Numbered from the stretch's first letter, positions 11,201 through 26,200 are shown. The stretch is 64,000 nt of DNA from Phoronis australis (GCA_002633005.1 NMRA01000208.1:228439-292438), one strand, 5' to 3'. Numbers and translations: made by a program. Notes: generated from the sequence alone by a model not told the origin.

Positions 11201-14200
11201 GAGCGCTAACACTCATAACTAGAAAACCCCAAGATGCTCAAATAAATCAAAGAGAAAACAAATGTTATGCACATGCATAACACAGTCACACCTGACATGC
11301 ATGACGTCAAAAAGTTTGGCGCCAAATTTTAATACTATTTCTTGCTACAAGTAGCGTGTGCACTGCCAGTGTCATCCTCAAATACAGTTAGCCACCTTGT
11401 ACAGTCATGTGGTTGCTGTTTTGCTTTCTCGAGCATATTTTGCACATTTGGTGCCGTGACCCTTACTTATTATGGATTCATTACACATTATATCCACCAG
11501 AGGGCGACGGGTCACCATCTCAGAATTGCATGAAAATTAACTGGGACAATTATCATGATACACAATGATTTCCCAAAAATTTTCATTTACCTCCGTCAAA
11601 GGGTCTTCGAGACATGGGTGTAACACCAATTTTTGCCCTCGCGAGTTGAAACTGATTTTTTTAGATTTTGGAGGTTTCTAGCTTCAAAATTAATCATTGG
11701 ATTGTACTGAAAATGCTTGTAAGTGGATTAACATGAAACCAGGTTGTTAGAATATGTCACCAGAATTCATCCAGCAAATGTTGTAACTGAACTGAGGGGG
11801 CCCAAAAATTATGATTGTGAATCCTATAATCGCCTTTTGACTGGCCTCAAAATATTAAATAAAAGCAAGTAAGGCACTTTAAACAGTACACACCATGGAT
11901 TTTTGCACATTTTAAATTACCGGTGGCCACAGACTAAATGTATGACGGACAATTTAGCTAAACCCATGTTTATTTTGTGTAATTAGCTCTAAATTTTGAT
12001 TTTTCTTTCAATTTTGCCAATTTTCACATTTCCCGCCATGTGACGTCATGGGTTGAACACAAGATATCAGTGACTAGCCTTGAACAATGGCGGAGAGCAG
12101 GGAATTTGAAAGTGACGACGATTATGAGCAAGAATTGAACGAATACTATGAAGAAACGTACGGGAATGATGGCCAGGATGAGGAAATGGGGTTGCACGAA
12201 AGCGAGAACAAGTTTAATGTGCTTCCGGCTGCGTACTTTTCTACTTTGAGCCTTATGAACTGGATCCTCCCGCGAGAGAAGCGGCCTCGGGCTCGGCGAG
12301 TCANGCCCTCGCGAGTTGAAACTGATTTTTTTTAGATTTTGGAGGTTTCTAGCTTCAAAATTAATCATTGGATTGTACTGAAAATGCTTGTAAGTGGATT
12401 AACATAAAACCAGGTTGTTAGAATATGTCACCAGAATTCATCCAGCAAATGTTGTAACTGAACTGAGGGGGCCCAAAAATTATGATTGTTAATCCTATAA
12501 TCGCCTTTTGACTGGCCTCAAAATATTAAACAAAAGCAAGTAAGGCACTTTAAATGCCATTAAGTATACTCCTTGTTTCTGTTAAATTCAAAATGTAAAA
12601 AACAATTTTATTTTGGTGATCAGTGTTGGAGTTGTGTGGCAATAAATGCATTGACAGAAGTAACACAATTTCTTCAGTCATTTTTGGTACACAAAAACAG
12701 TGTCTGCAGTTTTCAATGATATTGAATTTCTTTTCATGTAATGACACATGTATTATGATTATATTACCAAAAACCATATAATAAAGGAAAAAATGTCATG
12801 TGACCCTGTATGTTCCGATGCCTGTTTCTTAAAAAGTGACACTGGGTATAAATCCTACAATATCACGTGTAAATATTATGTTATAGACCCTTCTGACCAC
12901 ACTCAAGTCATTAATGGTCAAATGTAACAAGTGGTTAAACTTATTGCATCACAGCCAGTAACACAGTCACCATCAACACCCAATCACAGTGGTGTTCTAT
13001 TCAATCTACTGTGTTACCCGTGGCAGAAATACTTCTACCAGTGGATCTTTAAGAATATTGCTATTAGGCATTTTTGTTAGCTATTTTCTTGCAGTGACAC
13101 AGTACTGTGCAAAAAGGCCACTTCACATTATTAAGTGTTGAAATTGTGTTTTTTGTGTCGTTAAATTACATCCATGCACTCATAGGGTATATGTTTGTAA
13201 CCTGAACTTTGAATTGTGAACAGCTGGATAGATCTGTGAACAGCTGCATAGATTTGTGAACAGCTGGATAGATCTGTGAACGCTATCAATTGTTCAAACC
13301 ACTCACGGTGATCCAAGCTACTAAACGTGATAAATAGTGACGTTTCTACCAACTTTTAAAATGACCAACCTACCAAACTATGGTAGAAAAATACTTATTT
13401 CTCATGTAAGATGTCCAGACTATCCATTTATATTCTATTAGCGTCTTGAAATTGAAACTTACGCAGTCTATAGTCAGTTATAATCAGTTTCAGACTCTTA
13501 CTCTGCACAACAAAAAATTCATTTTTAAAAAGAAACCATAATTTCTTGATGTTCTTAAAAGTCAAATGTTTTATACCTCCGAAGAAGCAGTAAGTCACAT
13601 GCATCACAGGGTCAAGTAAGATATCATGGGCAACCTATTTTTTCCCATATATGGCACGTTTTTAGTGCCAATGGAGCAAACTCAAATGACTCGATAGTGG
13701 AACCCAGCACCCAAAAGCATTGCGATGATTTTATTAACCGCAAAATCTATTTTCACACTGTTGATGCAAAACGCTGTGTCTGAAATTTGATAAATATAAC
13801 AAAGGCCAAAATCCCCACTCTTCAGAGTCAAGGGATGGTTCTCACAAGTTTCAAATCAGGTACTTTGTGTAAAGGGCCCAAGCCACGTGGCCTGTCCACA
13901 TCTAATGCAATTAGACATTGGACCACTTGCAATCTTTCTACTCATTCGCACGATATTTTTAAATCTTTCACATGATAATATTTGTGGGATGTCAAAAATT
14001 TTATGACTGATCTAGGCAATACTCGTCGATATCCAAATCAATATACCAGTCTTTCAAAGTCCATCAAAGCATGAATTGTGCTTTGGCCCAGCCTTCCTGA
14101 GCTTTAATCCAGCCTACCTCTTCAATCACCATCAAGGTATGAAATGTGCTTTAATCCAGCCTTCCTGTTCAACCACTATCAACGTATGAATTGTGCTTTA

Positions 14201-17200
14201 ATCCAGCTTACCTGTTCAACCACAGTAACAGCTGTTCATCCTGTTCCTGGCGAAATATCTCGTGTTTCAGGTGATCATCACTGACGGCCTCCTCATCTGA
14301 GCAGATCTCGTGTACCTTCTTGCGCACCTCCTTAATGAAGCTGGCGGGGAACACAGTGCGCTGTTCCAGGGCTGTCGCCACTCGTGCTGCCATGCAGTAC
14401 CGACGGAACCACGCCCACTTGTGCGATTCAAGACAGTGTGCCAGTGAGTCGAGACCGAGATCAGAGGCGAGGGCCACCAACACCTGAAATGAAAGGCGAA
14501 ATAATTTTCTCAAAGAAATTTAAAACACAATATATTACATTTTATAATTACCAAATTTGGAAACTAAGAACTGGAAAATAGAGCCACTTATTTTTGCGTC
14601 ATAACCCACCACGTAACATTATTTCACGAAAACCAGTTGAGACTTTTCTGTTTTTTGTTCATTGTATAAATTCATAGTTCATAAATTCATAATTTATGTT
14701 CAGTCAACAGCTTATCCATCAATTACAAAATGGTCGTTTCAAAAAAACAAGGGAGTCATATCCTAGTCCTAGCAGCACTTTTGCACTATTAACTCACCTT
14801 GAAGAAGGGACTGTGCATCAAATGTTTGCCACTACGTACAATGGGGTCCTCATACTCGTACTGTCTTTGCAGTGCCTCAGGAAGTCCCTTCACTAGAGAC
14901 GCCAGCGCTGTACCACTCAAAGACTAAAACAGACAGTTGAGGAGAAACGTGCAATGTAGTTAACACTGCGTAGTTATAATGTATTTAATCAGCATACATC
15001 TAAAGGTAAGTGTTAAAACAGAAAAACTACACTTTCATATGGCACAAATAAAAATACAACAGACAGAGTCAATAAAATGCCAAAGAAAAGTAATACAATG
15101 AATGATGTACTACTTGCTAATTCGAGTTTATTCAACGTTTACAACACAGGCAACGCACCATAGGGCGCTGGGGGGCAATAGCCTCCCCACCCCATTTTTT
15201 TCAGTGCTGTGCCGCCCATGGTCTACGGGCGGTGCACTACAGGGGGGCTGGGGGACTATAGTCCCCACTTTTTTCTGTGCTGCGCCACCCATGTACAACC
15301 ATTTGTAGACTGAAGATGTGTTCTATAAGCACTGTGCAGTAAAGTGTTTTTGGTAAGAAGTATTTAACTGTTTAGTAAAATTCACTGTTTTGATTGCTCT
15401 ACAGATAACATTCTTTATCAGACTTTACGATTCAACAAAATTGTAATTGTTATAATTGTTTTTTATAAAAAAATGATACAGAAAAAGAATTGTATCCATA
15501 AATGATTTTCTTGACAGTAATGGTAAATTCATGCTGTGTAGTTCACTTTGTGCAAAGTAGGAGTTTTCTCCACCTGTCTCTGTCAATCTGCATGTGGGCT
15601 TGGTAGTTGCTTTTTTAGTATTTGGAAAAAGATTAAACACTGTGGTCTTATTCGTACATCGCTCGCTATGTCAAAACTAGGCATTTTAAAGCAAAATCCT
15701 AACAGTGCGACAATGATAAAGACACCGTAGCAAGAAACATATTTTTAGAATTATCAATCTTTCTCCTTTCAAAAAATATATACTTTTAATGGTTGCAAAG
15801 CATATTTTTTCAATATTTGACTTAAGAGTTGAGGTCGTTTACTAAGATCCTAGAAATGTAATTTATGTTCGAACTTCTTGTACATTTAAACTTTAAAAAC
15901 CATCTAGCTCTTACCACTGGGAAAACTTTGGAGGCGTTGTCAATGTCGGTGTCCGTAGACATACCCATGAATGCACTGATGTTTATGCCACTGCCAAAAT
16001 GGGTCATGATCAGCTTTCTCAGTTTCTGCAACGCCCACATTCTCTGTACAGCTCCTGAACAGTGAAGCAACAATTGAATAAACAACAATGAATCACCCAG
16101 CAATAAATCAACAGTTCTGGGTCGTATTTCCTAAGACAGATCTTAAAAATTTCAGTCAATTTTAAAATAGAACGTAAATTTGTCTCAAGCCCGTTTCCAG
16201 AAAGAGCTAAGTTTTTGACTGAAGTTTTGCTTCAATTTTGATTAACTTACTGGATGTGGAAGTTTTAAAGTTTGGAAGTTGAGACAAATCTTAGACTTCA
16301 GTCAAAAATGAACTTAAGTCAGTTTCTTGGATAGCACCCCTGAGTTATTAGTGACGAGCACCAAGATTTAGAACAAATTGGAAAATGCAATCCACCAAGA
16401 CTGAGACAGGAGTCACAAAGATGTACAAGCATGGCACAAACAGTAACATGAATGTGAAGTGAGTTTGTAATGGCGGAATTTTGTCTGGATCAAAGGCATC
16501 CTGCATTTTATTGTTCTATTGGGAAAGGTAGAATAAGGTCAGTAGCTTCTTACAGGGTTAAGGATTTTAAGAACCAGTTTGATGCATGTTATTCGCTGGA
16601 GAAAACTGGTTCTTGAAATGCAGGACCCCTAGTTAAGTGTTCATTCTCATCAGTGGCTTATGGATTACAGGCACGCATAAGTCACTTAAAGTTGTGGTTA
16701 AAAAGCTAATTTCTTACCTCTCACCACTTCATGCATATTGAAACTCACCTAAAGAACTCAACTGAGCGCAAGCCGCCAGTGCGGCTGCCAGCCTAGGTAT
16801 GATGTTACGGTCCGATGACGTCTCCAGCTTGAAGTCTAGCAAACACGTGACTAGATCAATGGATGGTCGAGAGAGTATTGTGCGATCAGATAACATATCC
16901 ATAGGCGCTGCGCCAGGCATGATGGGATAGACGGTAAATCGCCAGCCCCATCCATTAACGGAGCCATCGCTTGTGAACTTCCATTTCAGTTCATCGCCAC
17001 TCACTCGTAACTCTTGCGACCAATCAGACCATTCACGACCTAGATAATGGAGGACCAAGTAATTTATAGTGACAAATGACGACGTTTTAACGAGTCATAA
17101 ATAAACTAAACTAAAGCAAGTGTTAGCTTATGAACAGAATGTTAACCACTAAACAAGGACTATGAATCTTTGCAATCAACATCATGGGTGTAAAATTAGA

Positions 17201-20200
17201 CGGGAACATCATAACTTTTATAGTAGAGCAGCTGTAACAGTTTTTAATTGCTGGGTTGACTTTAATTCAATGACAATGTAATCACATATTACCCTAAGAT
17301 TGACAAAGCAGAATCATAATAGTGTTAAGATTGACTTTCAAAAATACAAACCCCCGTTATAGCTGGATTTACTTCAATCAACTTGCTCACATAGTGTCAA
17401 TCCACTGTTGAAACAAGAAGACACTCACCTGACCTAGTTGAGATGGTTCTACCAGAAGTGTCCATGATGGTCAAGGGGTCGTGCCGTCGTTCAGTTGAAC
17501 ACTGGCGGTCAAACTCAACCCTCAGTCCTTCGGCACCACTAATCTTCACTGACCCCGTCAGGGACGTGTCATCTGTGTATGGATGAGGACTCTCGACCAC
17601 TTTTGGCTGCGCAATGTTCCGCCCTGTCTCTCCGTCTGCTGCTACATCTTCCAGTTCTGTCACGCACAACTCCAGCAACATTTCCGCCACCTGGTGGTGA
17701 CTCTTTCCCAGGGCAGTGAGGACAGAGGACAGCGCCTCCTTACCATGAGTACCGGCTCTCTTAGCCACAGCAAGTTTAAGTAGGTCAACAAGGACACGCG
17801 CATCGTCTGCAGTCAACTTTGAGGTGAATTCATCCAAGTCCTGACAGTTGAACACAGGAGCAGACGGACTGGTGCTGGTGACCTGCAGAAGGTACAAAGT
17901 TTGATGTCAATCAAAGCAGGATTATTTAAACTAATGAATACCTGAAGAGCATATGGAATACAGCTAACTAATGCTGCGCTAAGGAAAAAGCAATTTTAAG
18001 AACTTTAGATTTGAATCTAGACAAGTAAGACTTGTTGGACATAAAGTTATACTCAGTTTTGCACAACTTAATGAGAATGACAGGCAGACGTATTGAGCCT
18101 GAAGTGGACTTAAAATGTACTGAACTGTCAGTTCACCCTTTGTTCATAACTCAACACCAGTCTGAGTAAGGAGCATGTTGGGAACAGTTTTATAACAAAA
18201 TGTGCTCAAATTAACACTTATTTGTGACTCAATGTAAGCCTATAACAGATCTAACTCAACTATACTCTCTCTAACAACTGTTCAAACACTTTCACATCCC
18301 TATACTTCAGGCATCTAATATGTGACAGCGTGTAAACATTCGTCCACTCAGAAAATAATATGACAAAAAAGGGGAATTATAGAGAGTCAAATCACGTCGA
18401 GCTGCATTACGCTATGTATGGCTAAATATGAAAATTAATTTGGGGTTTTAACTTCATGACAGGAGTCCATTTCCGTGATCATTTCTTGTGTTGCTGATGG
18501 TTTCCATGTTTTTTTGTTGGTAAAGGAAATAGAATCTATCATTGTAAGGAATATCATGAGACTTATTTTATGAGAGCAAAATGCCTGATTCATTTTAGTC
18601 AGCTGCACAAGGGGGCATGCAGCTTTAAGAAAGTATTACTTTATTAACATGATGTGCCTGGTACAGCTGCCATCAAAAGCATAGGGCAACTTTGAGTATT
18701 TGAAGCAACAGAGAATGTCTATTCAACATGTACATTTGCCATGACAGGAATGCTGCATTTACACAAATTACTACAGATGTTTAGCAGTCCCTCCAGACCG
18801 TTACCACATTCTTTGTCTTCCGAATCTTAATTAAGAGGAAAGTATTGAATGCAGATTATATGAAAGCAGTTTAAGCAGTGAAAATGCCAATAACACAGTT
18901 TGTAGTGCTCAATTAACTCAATGATCAGGCGACACAGTATGGACCAATCTGACAGAGACTTCGGTGTACAAGTGTACGTAATGGTCTGGAATTGAAGTAT
19001 CTTTTAAACAGAAAGCCTTCTCACCACTTCCTCAGCTGTAATAGCTTCAGCGATCAGACTGGTGGCAGGAGATGCCATGGCCAGCTCATGCATGCTGGGA
19101 AATGTGCCTGAGTGGAGTGAGACCACGCTCTCATGGCCAGATGTTGTCATAGGGATCACTTGTTGCTAAAAATAAATTACAACAGTTGAACATATTTAAA
19201 ACACAATGTTCAATTTATTCAATGCATTTCCATAGCTTACAAAGTAAAAGCACAAAAATGTGAACAATATGTTGATGTACCAATTAGCCAGCTATAAATT
19301 CCCATGAGAATTCAAACATTTGTCTCGTGCCATCATGAAAGAACTCAACACAGGTATGGCACGATAGTTTTTCCATACACAAGTGCCCTTGAGATTCTGA
19401 ATCAAAAGCAAATATGGTTAACCTAAATGGACGGCAATTTGTTTCCTTACATCAGATGACGAAACTGTGGCAGGCAGCAGTTCCAACATGGCGTCCATGT
19501 CGGTAGTTTTATGAACAACATGAGTGGTGGTAGTGCGAGGACTCTCAACAGGGCTCTCTGTAATACTCATGCTGGTGATGGGTGAGAAGGCCAGTCTAGT
19601 GTCACTGGCTGACGTCACCATCAGCTCCTTCTCTTTGACCAGAGACCCAACAACAGCATCCCTGGAAATGTATGAACAAGGACGTGAAATGCATGAACAA
19701 GGATGGGAACACTAATATCTAACTTTCTAAGTCAACTAAGAGTGAACAAACACGAGTGTGTCACTGTTTACATTCAGACCACACTACGTGAACAAAATGG
19801 AATATGCTCTCTTATAACATACCTGGCATAGATGATCTGAAGAGCAGTTAGTATGTGTCGCAGTGCTTGCTGTCTGGCTGTGTTACTCTCAAGAGACAGG
19901 ACTATCTTTGCCAGGGACGGTCGCGTAGTCTTCGTCTGATTAGAATTATTTTGGCTGACGATCTCGCCGTCTTCTGTTGACACCTCTTCACCTCCTACAC
20001 AAACACATTGAAGTCACGTGAAAATATCTAATGGCAAAAGTTTGAACAGACAAGCAAATATTGCTCACAAAAACAATGTTCTTCAGTTTAACAACAGTAG
20101 TTATTTGGAGAAGATACTTTAAAGTTGAAACAAGGTAGTGCAGAAATACAGCGCACACAAAGACATGAAAGACACAGAAAGGTACATCACAACTCGACTA

Positions 20201-23200
20201 TTATTCACCATATAACCACAACACAATACCAAAATCTTTTAATAGTAAATCTTTACAAGTTTTCTTTAATTCATGAACAAATATTGCCATGTCTAGACAG
20301 GACCACTAGGTCACACATTACTCTACAAAATATTTACAAAACCACACAAATGTTGGCGAAACAGGCCATGTTTGTACTCACCCAATAACGTGGATCCTAG
20401 TGGGTCACGTGACGTGCCGAACATGACTGGCTCATGTGTCGTGGGTGTTGACAGGTCAGTGGTTGACCAAGCCACAGAGTGTGAGGAACCGCAGGCAACG
20501 CGTGTAATCTTGTACCCGTCCAGGCCGTGGACAAGCGCAGGCTTGCGATTGACTGTTGTGGTGCCATTACCCTGTTGGCCGTGGTCATTATCTCCCCATG
20601 CATATACCTGAATGTCAAGGTCATACCATCAAACCATGTATTTATACAACTGTCTTATCAACAAACAATGTATCAACTTGCTTCCACAGTATGTATATAC
20701 TCATATCAAATAAAGTCATCTTACATTCTGAATAGTTATAAACACCTTTACCAAGAATATGTCAACTACTTTCATCTTAAACACCGTGTCTCTCAAAGAA
20801 AGAGCAAATTCATTACTTTTGACACAGCTCTTTAGTTACCTTCAGGTTGGTGTGAACTTATCTTTACACTTGATGTGACTGGACAACAAAGCTCAGGCAA
20901 TACCACAGTAATGTACAAAACACATTAGTTCAGTTGACAAGCAAGCTCTAACAAAGGACAAGTTGTGAATAGATTTCCTCAGCCTCACCCCTAGTCTACC
21001 ACAGATTACTGTGGCTAGTATGGAATGCCAAAGCGGCAAAAAATCAAGAATGTATTTGATTTTCAAGACCACGGTAAATCCATGAAGACTTTCCAAAAAT
21101 CCTGCCAAGCTTACTTTTGGAAACTTTTGAAACCTTCACAAGATTTTTTAAAATGTTGGCAAAATGAACATAGTTTTAGAAATCTCGGCAAGATTATTTT
21201 AAAATGTTGAGATTTTTAGAAAATCTTGTCAAGAATGGTTTAGTAAGAAATTCTTGGCAAGATTACAGAGGTACAGTATTGTAAAAATTTTCAACAAATA
21301 TTGGAAAGATTTTAATACTTGACGAATTTACTGAGGCCTTGAAGTGAAAATATCGTCTTTTGTCTTGATTTTTCACAGCTTTGGCATCCCTAATAGAATG
21401 TCAAAATGGGAGATATTCAAAACAGATTGATGCTTCATGATGATGATTTTAAATGTTGAAAACATTTCAATAAAATGTTGACAAGCTTTTTCAAATACTG
21501 TCAATATTTTAATTGTTGATGTTAATATTTTCATGACCTTGGAGTGTAAATCCTACAAAAATCAACATCACGTTAAGCTCAGGCAGAAAGAGCACAAACA
21601 AAATCACGGTCATTCTGATCTAATGGCCATACATAACCATTGCCTTATAGGCAGATGATGTGCCAATGAAAGGCATGATTTGGCCGTTAAGACTTCATTA
21701 AAATGATACTAAACCATGTTTTTGTGATTTCAACTAATCCTTGATCTGTCACCTGGCGTCCCACATGAATGAAAAAATAAGATTTAACTCAAAATTCACT
21801 CTCTATCTCTCTATCTCTCTCTCCCCTCTCTCCCTCTCTCTCTCTCTGTCATAGATTAGATGCTAATAATTTTTTATGGTGGGTGGTCTTTCCCTACAGT
21901 TGTCATGTATCTGGCCTAAAGCATACTAGGTTATGCTTGCCCGTTTAGCAGACTTTGTGAGGAAATTTCAAAAATTTTCTCCATTTTCTCTTATCAATGG
22001 TTACAGAGTATTATTTTGTTTCAGGAAAATGGATGGTAAACTCTCCTTTTAATTGGGCAGAACCAAGTTTGGTATCCTTTTAAATCACATTAAAATATAA
22101 CTAGGCAATAACCCTATCAGTTATCTAACCTGCCCAGTATCAGCCACAGCCAGACAATGCAGAGCACCAACAGCCACATGGATAATCTTCTTGCCTTTCA
22201 ATCCTTCCACCAACTGAGGCTTACGGACATGTGAGTCTGTGCCATGACCCAGGCGAAAGTAGTCTCCTTTACCCCTAGAAATAAACACGTAACGTAAACA
22301 ACGGCAAAGTCAGGATGGTATTATTACATCCATCTGAATGAAAACGTAAATTGAGACAAAGATGGCAGATGGCAGCACCAAAAAATCCTCCAGCTCCTAC
22401 TACATAGAATCTATAGCATTTTTTAAACTATGATATATTTAGAAAATGCATTGAGAAAAGTATTTTGAGAGTGACATTTACCAATAACTGCTGCAATAGA
22501 ATGTAAGATTTATGTTGGCATAAATGACTATGAACTTGATGGCCTGTAATGGAATTACCTGGACATCAAAATCTCTTAAAATTTCAGGAATAAGAACATG
22601 AAACTCATAAGGTTCTCAGAGTCTAAAGAACAGTACTGTTATAAAACAACTCATTTGCATTAAAACTTACCACGTCCACACTTGGCCAGATTTGGTAAGA
22701 GCCAATGAGAATTGAGCTCCACACTCAATTTGACAAACATTCATCCCGTTGAGTCTCTCAATCTGATGTGGCACATTACAGCCCTCACTGCCACCCCGAC
22801 CCAGTTTACCAAAGTCTCCGTCTCCCCAAGAGAACACACTCCCCTCGTCAGTGAGTACGATAGTCTGAGCATCACGACTACCACATGCTATCTGCACAAC
22901 ACGCTGACCAGCCAGAGATTTCACCTGTAAAACAACAAGGAAATAACAGATCCACTGTTTGATCAGGTGTAAATATTGTGTGCCTGATGCTCCATGAACA
23001 ACCGTCACTTCTATTTTGACTCAAGTCTACGGAATGTTGCTGACAAGGTCTCAAAAAGGAAAAGTGCTGGACCATTGTACTGTAATTAGGTTGAGATGGA
23101 CTATTGAGTGCCATGCATACTACTTATATCATGTTTTGTGCAACTGATCAATGCTTTAAAACTTAAAGCAGGCCTTGATTAAAACCATTAAGGTCAACTG

Positions 23201-26200
23201 AAATATCAAGACAAAAAACTTATGCTAACAATTCTCCAATTTAGGACAGTCTCTGGAATTTGGGACACAGGAACTGTAAGTGCAAAATTTTCTTAATTCT
23301 AGAATTTGGGACAAGGGCAATTTTGGTGCACACCATATTTCTCAAATATCAGACGTGTTTTCAATGTACAGAGTGCATGATTTCGTCACCTTTCGAGTTA
23401 TATTGTCTATTTCTAGAATCTGAGACAAGCTCAAACTTTGAGCAAAATAATTATTTTTTTGCTGTCTCACATTGGAGAATTTTTACCGTAATCCGAATAT
23501 CAAGTAAATAAATGTCTAAATACCTGTTTGGGTCGCAGCTGAGTTGTATTGTCGCCATGTCCAAGACGGCCATATTCCCCTAAGCCCCATGTGTACAGGT
23601 CTCCATTAGATACAATGGCTGCACTGTGTGAACTACCACAGGCTATGTCACGCACACGCTTGGACCGCAGGGCTTCAATCAGACGTGGTTTGTCACAGTT
23701 CCTGACAAATGCAGTAATTAGATATTACATTTGTCCGTGGAACCAGGAAATGAATTTAAAAACAAAGAAATGAAAAATCATTTTATTTGTTAAAGAAGCA
23801 TAAGAAGAAACGATTTTCAGCATTAAATTTGAAATCTCGTGATTCCCATACTAAAAACTTACTACAGACTCTAACACTGAAATTTGTACAACACAATTTC
23901 AACTGAAATCTAGGCAACTCCATTTACTGAGAATACAGGAATCCACCATTTTCAAAAGGGGAACCCTCAGCAAAACCTGTCACTGAAGTCCATTTTCGTA
24001 AGTCAGCAAAAATGTGCAAGAAAGTTGACATTTCCAATTTTATGCAGCAAATATCCAAAACTGGCTCAGGTACCTAGTGGACAACTTTCGACCATGCTCC
24101 AGGTATTACTCACATTCGACTAAAGTGACCCAGTTTTCCATCATCGCCTTCTCCCCAGGAGAACACCTTGCCATCAACAGTGAGCGCCAACGCGTGACGA
24201 CCGCCCGAGTGAACTGCAACCTTCTTGACCACATATTGGCTGAGAGATGTAAGCTGACGTGGCACTGACACGTTGCCAGAGCTGATACACAGACCCAGTC
24301 GACCATTGGTTGCCTCGCCACAAGCATACAATTTGCCATCTTGAGTGACTAGAAGGGAAATCATCTAGTGCATGAATTAAGGAGCCTCACTCTGCACTAC
24401 TCGGTTAGGGAGGTGAGTCAGCACAAGTCAGTGTTACAAGTGAATGGACTCGATTATTACAATCACAGCATCACCATTTGGTACCGAGACAGAAGTAAAG
24501 ACATCAAATCATTTCAAAGGAAGTGCCTATGGCAGTATACAGTTCAACTCACGCCAAAACAAAAATGCTAAAGATACCTTTTCTATAGAGACTTTTTTGG
24601 ATGCAAACAAAGAGAAAAGAAAGTTCAAAGTTCATAATGACACAATAAGGATTTTAAAAACTGTTACCTACCACAGAATAAGCTCTTTGATCCTCCAGCT
24701 ATTTGGACACACTTAAGAGTAGATAATGTCTCATTCACCATTGGGGTCTTGATCTGGAAATAATACAATAACACCAAATGTCAAACACAAAAAGCCAATT
24801 TCTAATGGGAATATCTGGATGAAATAACAACATTATAGACCATGCTGGGTCGAAGATAACAGGCTAAAATGTAGAAACAGTGAAACACAGTGTGACTGAA
24901 GGCAGGTTGTCATGACGATGCCATCTGTTACGTGTTAATTTCCATACAAGTTTCACCTACGCCACCATAATAAATATCAAATACCACACATTAAAGTATC
25001 GCCCACGAAACCAGAGAACACACAACGATGAGTATGAACAACTAAAACAGAAAAGTACCAAATGGGGGAATGGTCAGATATAACATGCCTGAATATTGTG
25101 AACCAGTTTTCTCTCCTGGCATCAACTGGTTCTCAAAATGTGAGCACATTATATCCAACTATTGCCCAACATGGAGCAGTACATTGTGGACATTTACTGA
25201 AATCCTGAGTTTCAACTCAGATTTCTGTAAATTGTCAATTTACAGTAAGAACTCTTCAGTTTGAGAAACAATATGGTGAACACTAGGTGAAATTTCATTT
25301 TGTCAAATTTCTCAACAGGAAAATTTACTGTGCTTTTAGCATGGCTTGTATGGTTTACCTATTACCAAACAACATTTCGTAAAATTTTGAGCATTTGTAA
25401 CAATGTCGATGGACTCTGAAAAACAGAAATATGGCAATTTTGCAACTATTTTTGTCCCAAAATTGAAGAACTTTTTATGAAAGTAGCTATAAACCCATGA
25501 GTGTCATACAAAAATGAACTTTTCAATAAGACCACATTCTCGGTTTGCAAGGAACTGATGCTTCGTTACTCCTTGGTACCATGCACAGGGCATAAAATGA
25601 CACGTCACAAGCCAATGTGTAGAGCCTGGTCAAGTCCTGAAATCACTTGGCTGTGTTACTCTCTATCCAACATAAGTGGTCTTGTTTTTGTGACTGAAAA
25701 CAAGATCATTGCCACTTTACTTTAAGGAAACGTGTCTGACCTTTGAACCTTTAGGTCCTCCCAGTTGATCCTTGTCATTGAGTCCCCAGACAAACACGTG
25801 AGTCTGTATCTCTTTGCTAGTCGACTGCCTGGCCTTCTTTCGAGCTGTTGCTGCCGTCGCCGCTGACATTGTTGTACTCGTGTCATCTTCATTGTCGGAG
25901 GCCAGGAAGGTGAAGGTCGTTGGCGAGTCTTCCTCGTCAGTTCTCATTCGTCCAACCACGGAGAGTCCGTGCACTTTGCAGTCAATGCCACTACTCTTGC
26001 ACTGTTTTATGTTGAGCTCGATGAAACGGTAAAACTGAAGAGCAACAATGTTACATAATTATGTCAGAAGAAACAAACTGCAATTACTACATGCAGAAGA
26101 GTAGACTTGCATATCACCAAATAATATTTTGAACAATGTGTAATAATGGTCTTGAACAAAATGTTGTAATAGAAGATGTTAATCTTCCATAACCTGGACT

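Noticed and set aside
11217-14212. In-frame fusion of HERC2 to the 801-aa ORF
   Set aside because: Donor phase 2 joined to the acceptor at 11218 is out of frame and stops after four codons
20840-20878. 39-nt AG/GT-bounded candidate exon
   Set aside because: Contains an in-frame TAA in the required phase and would interrupt RLD2
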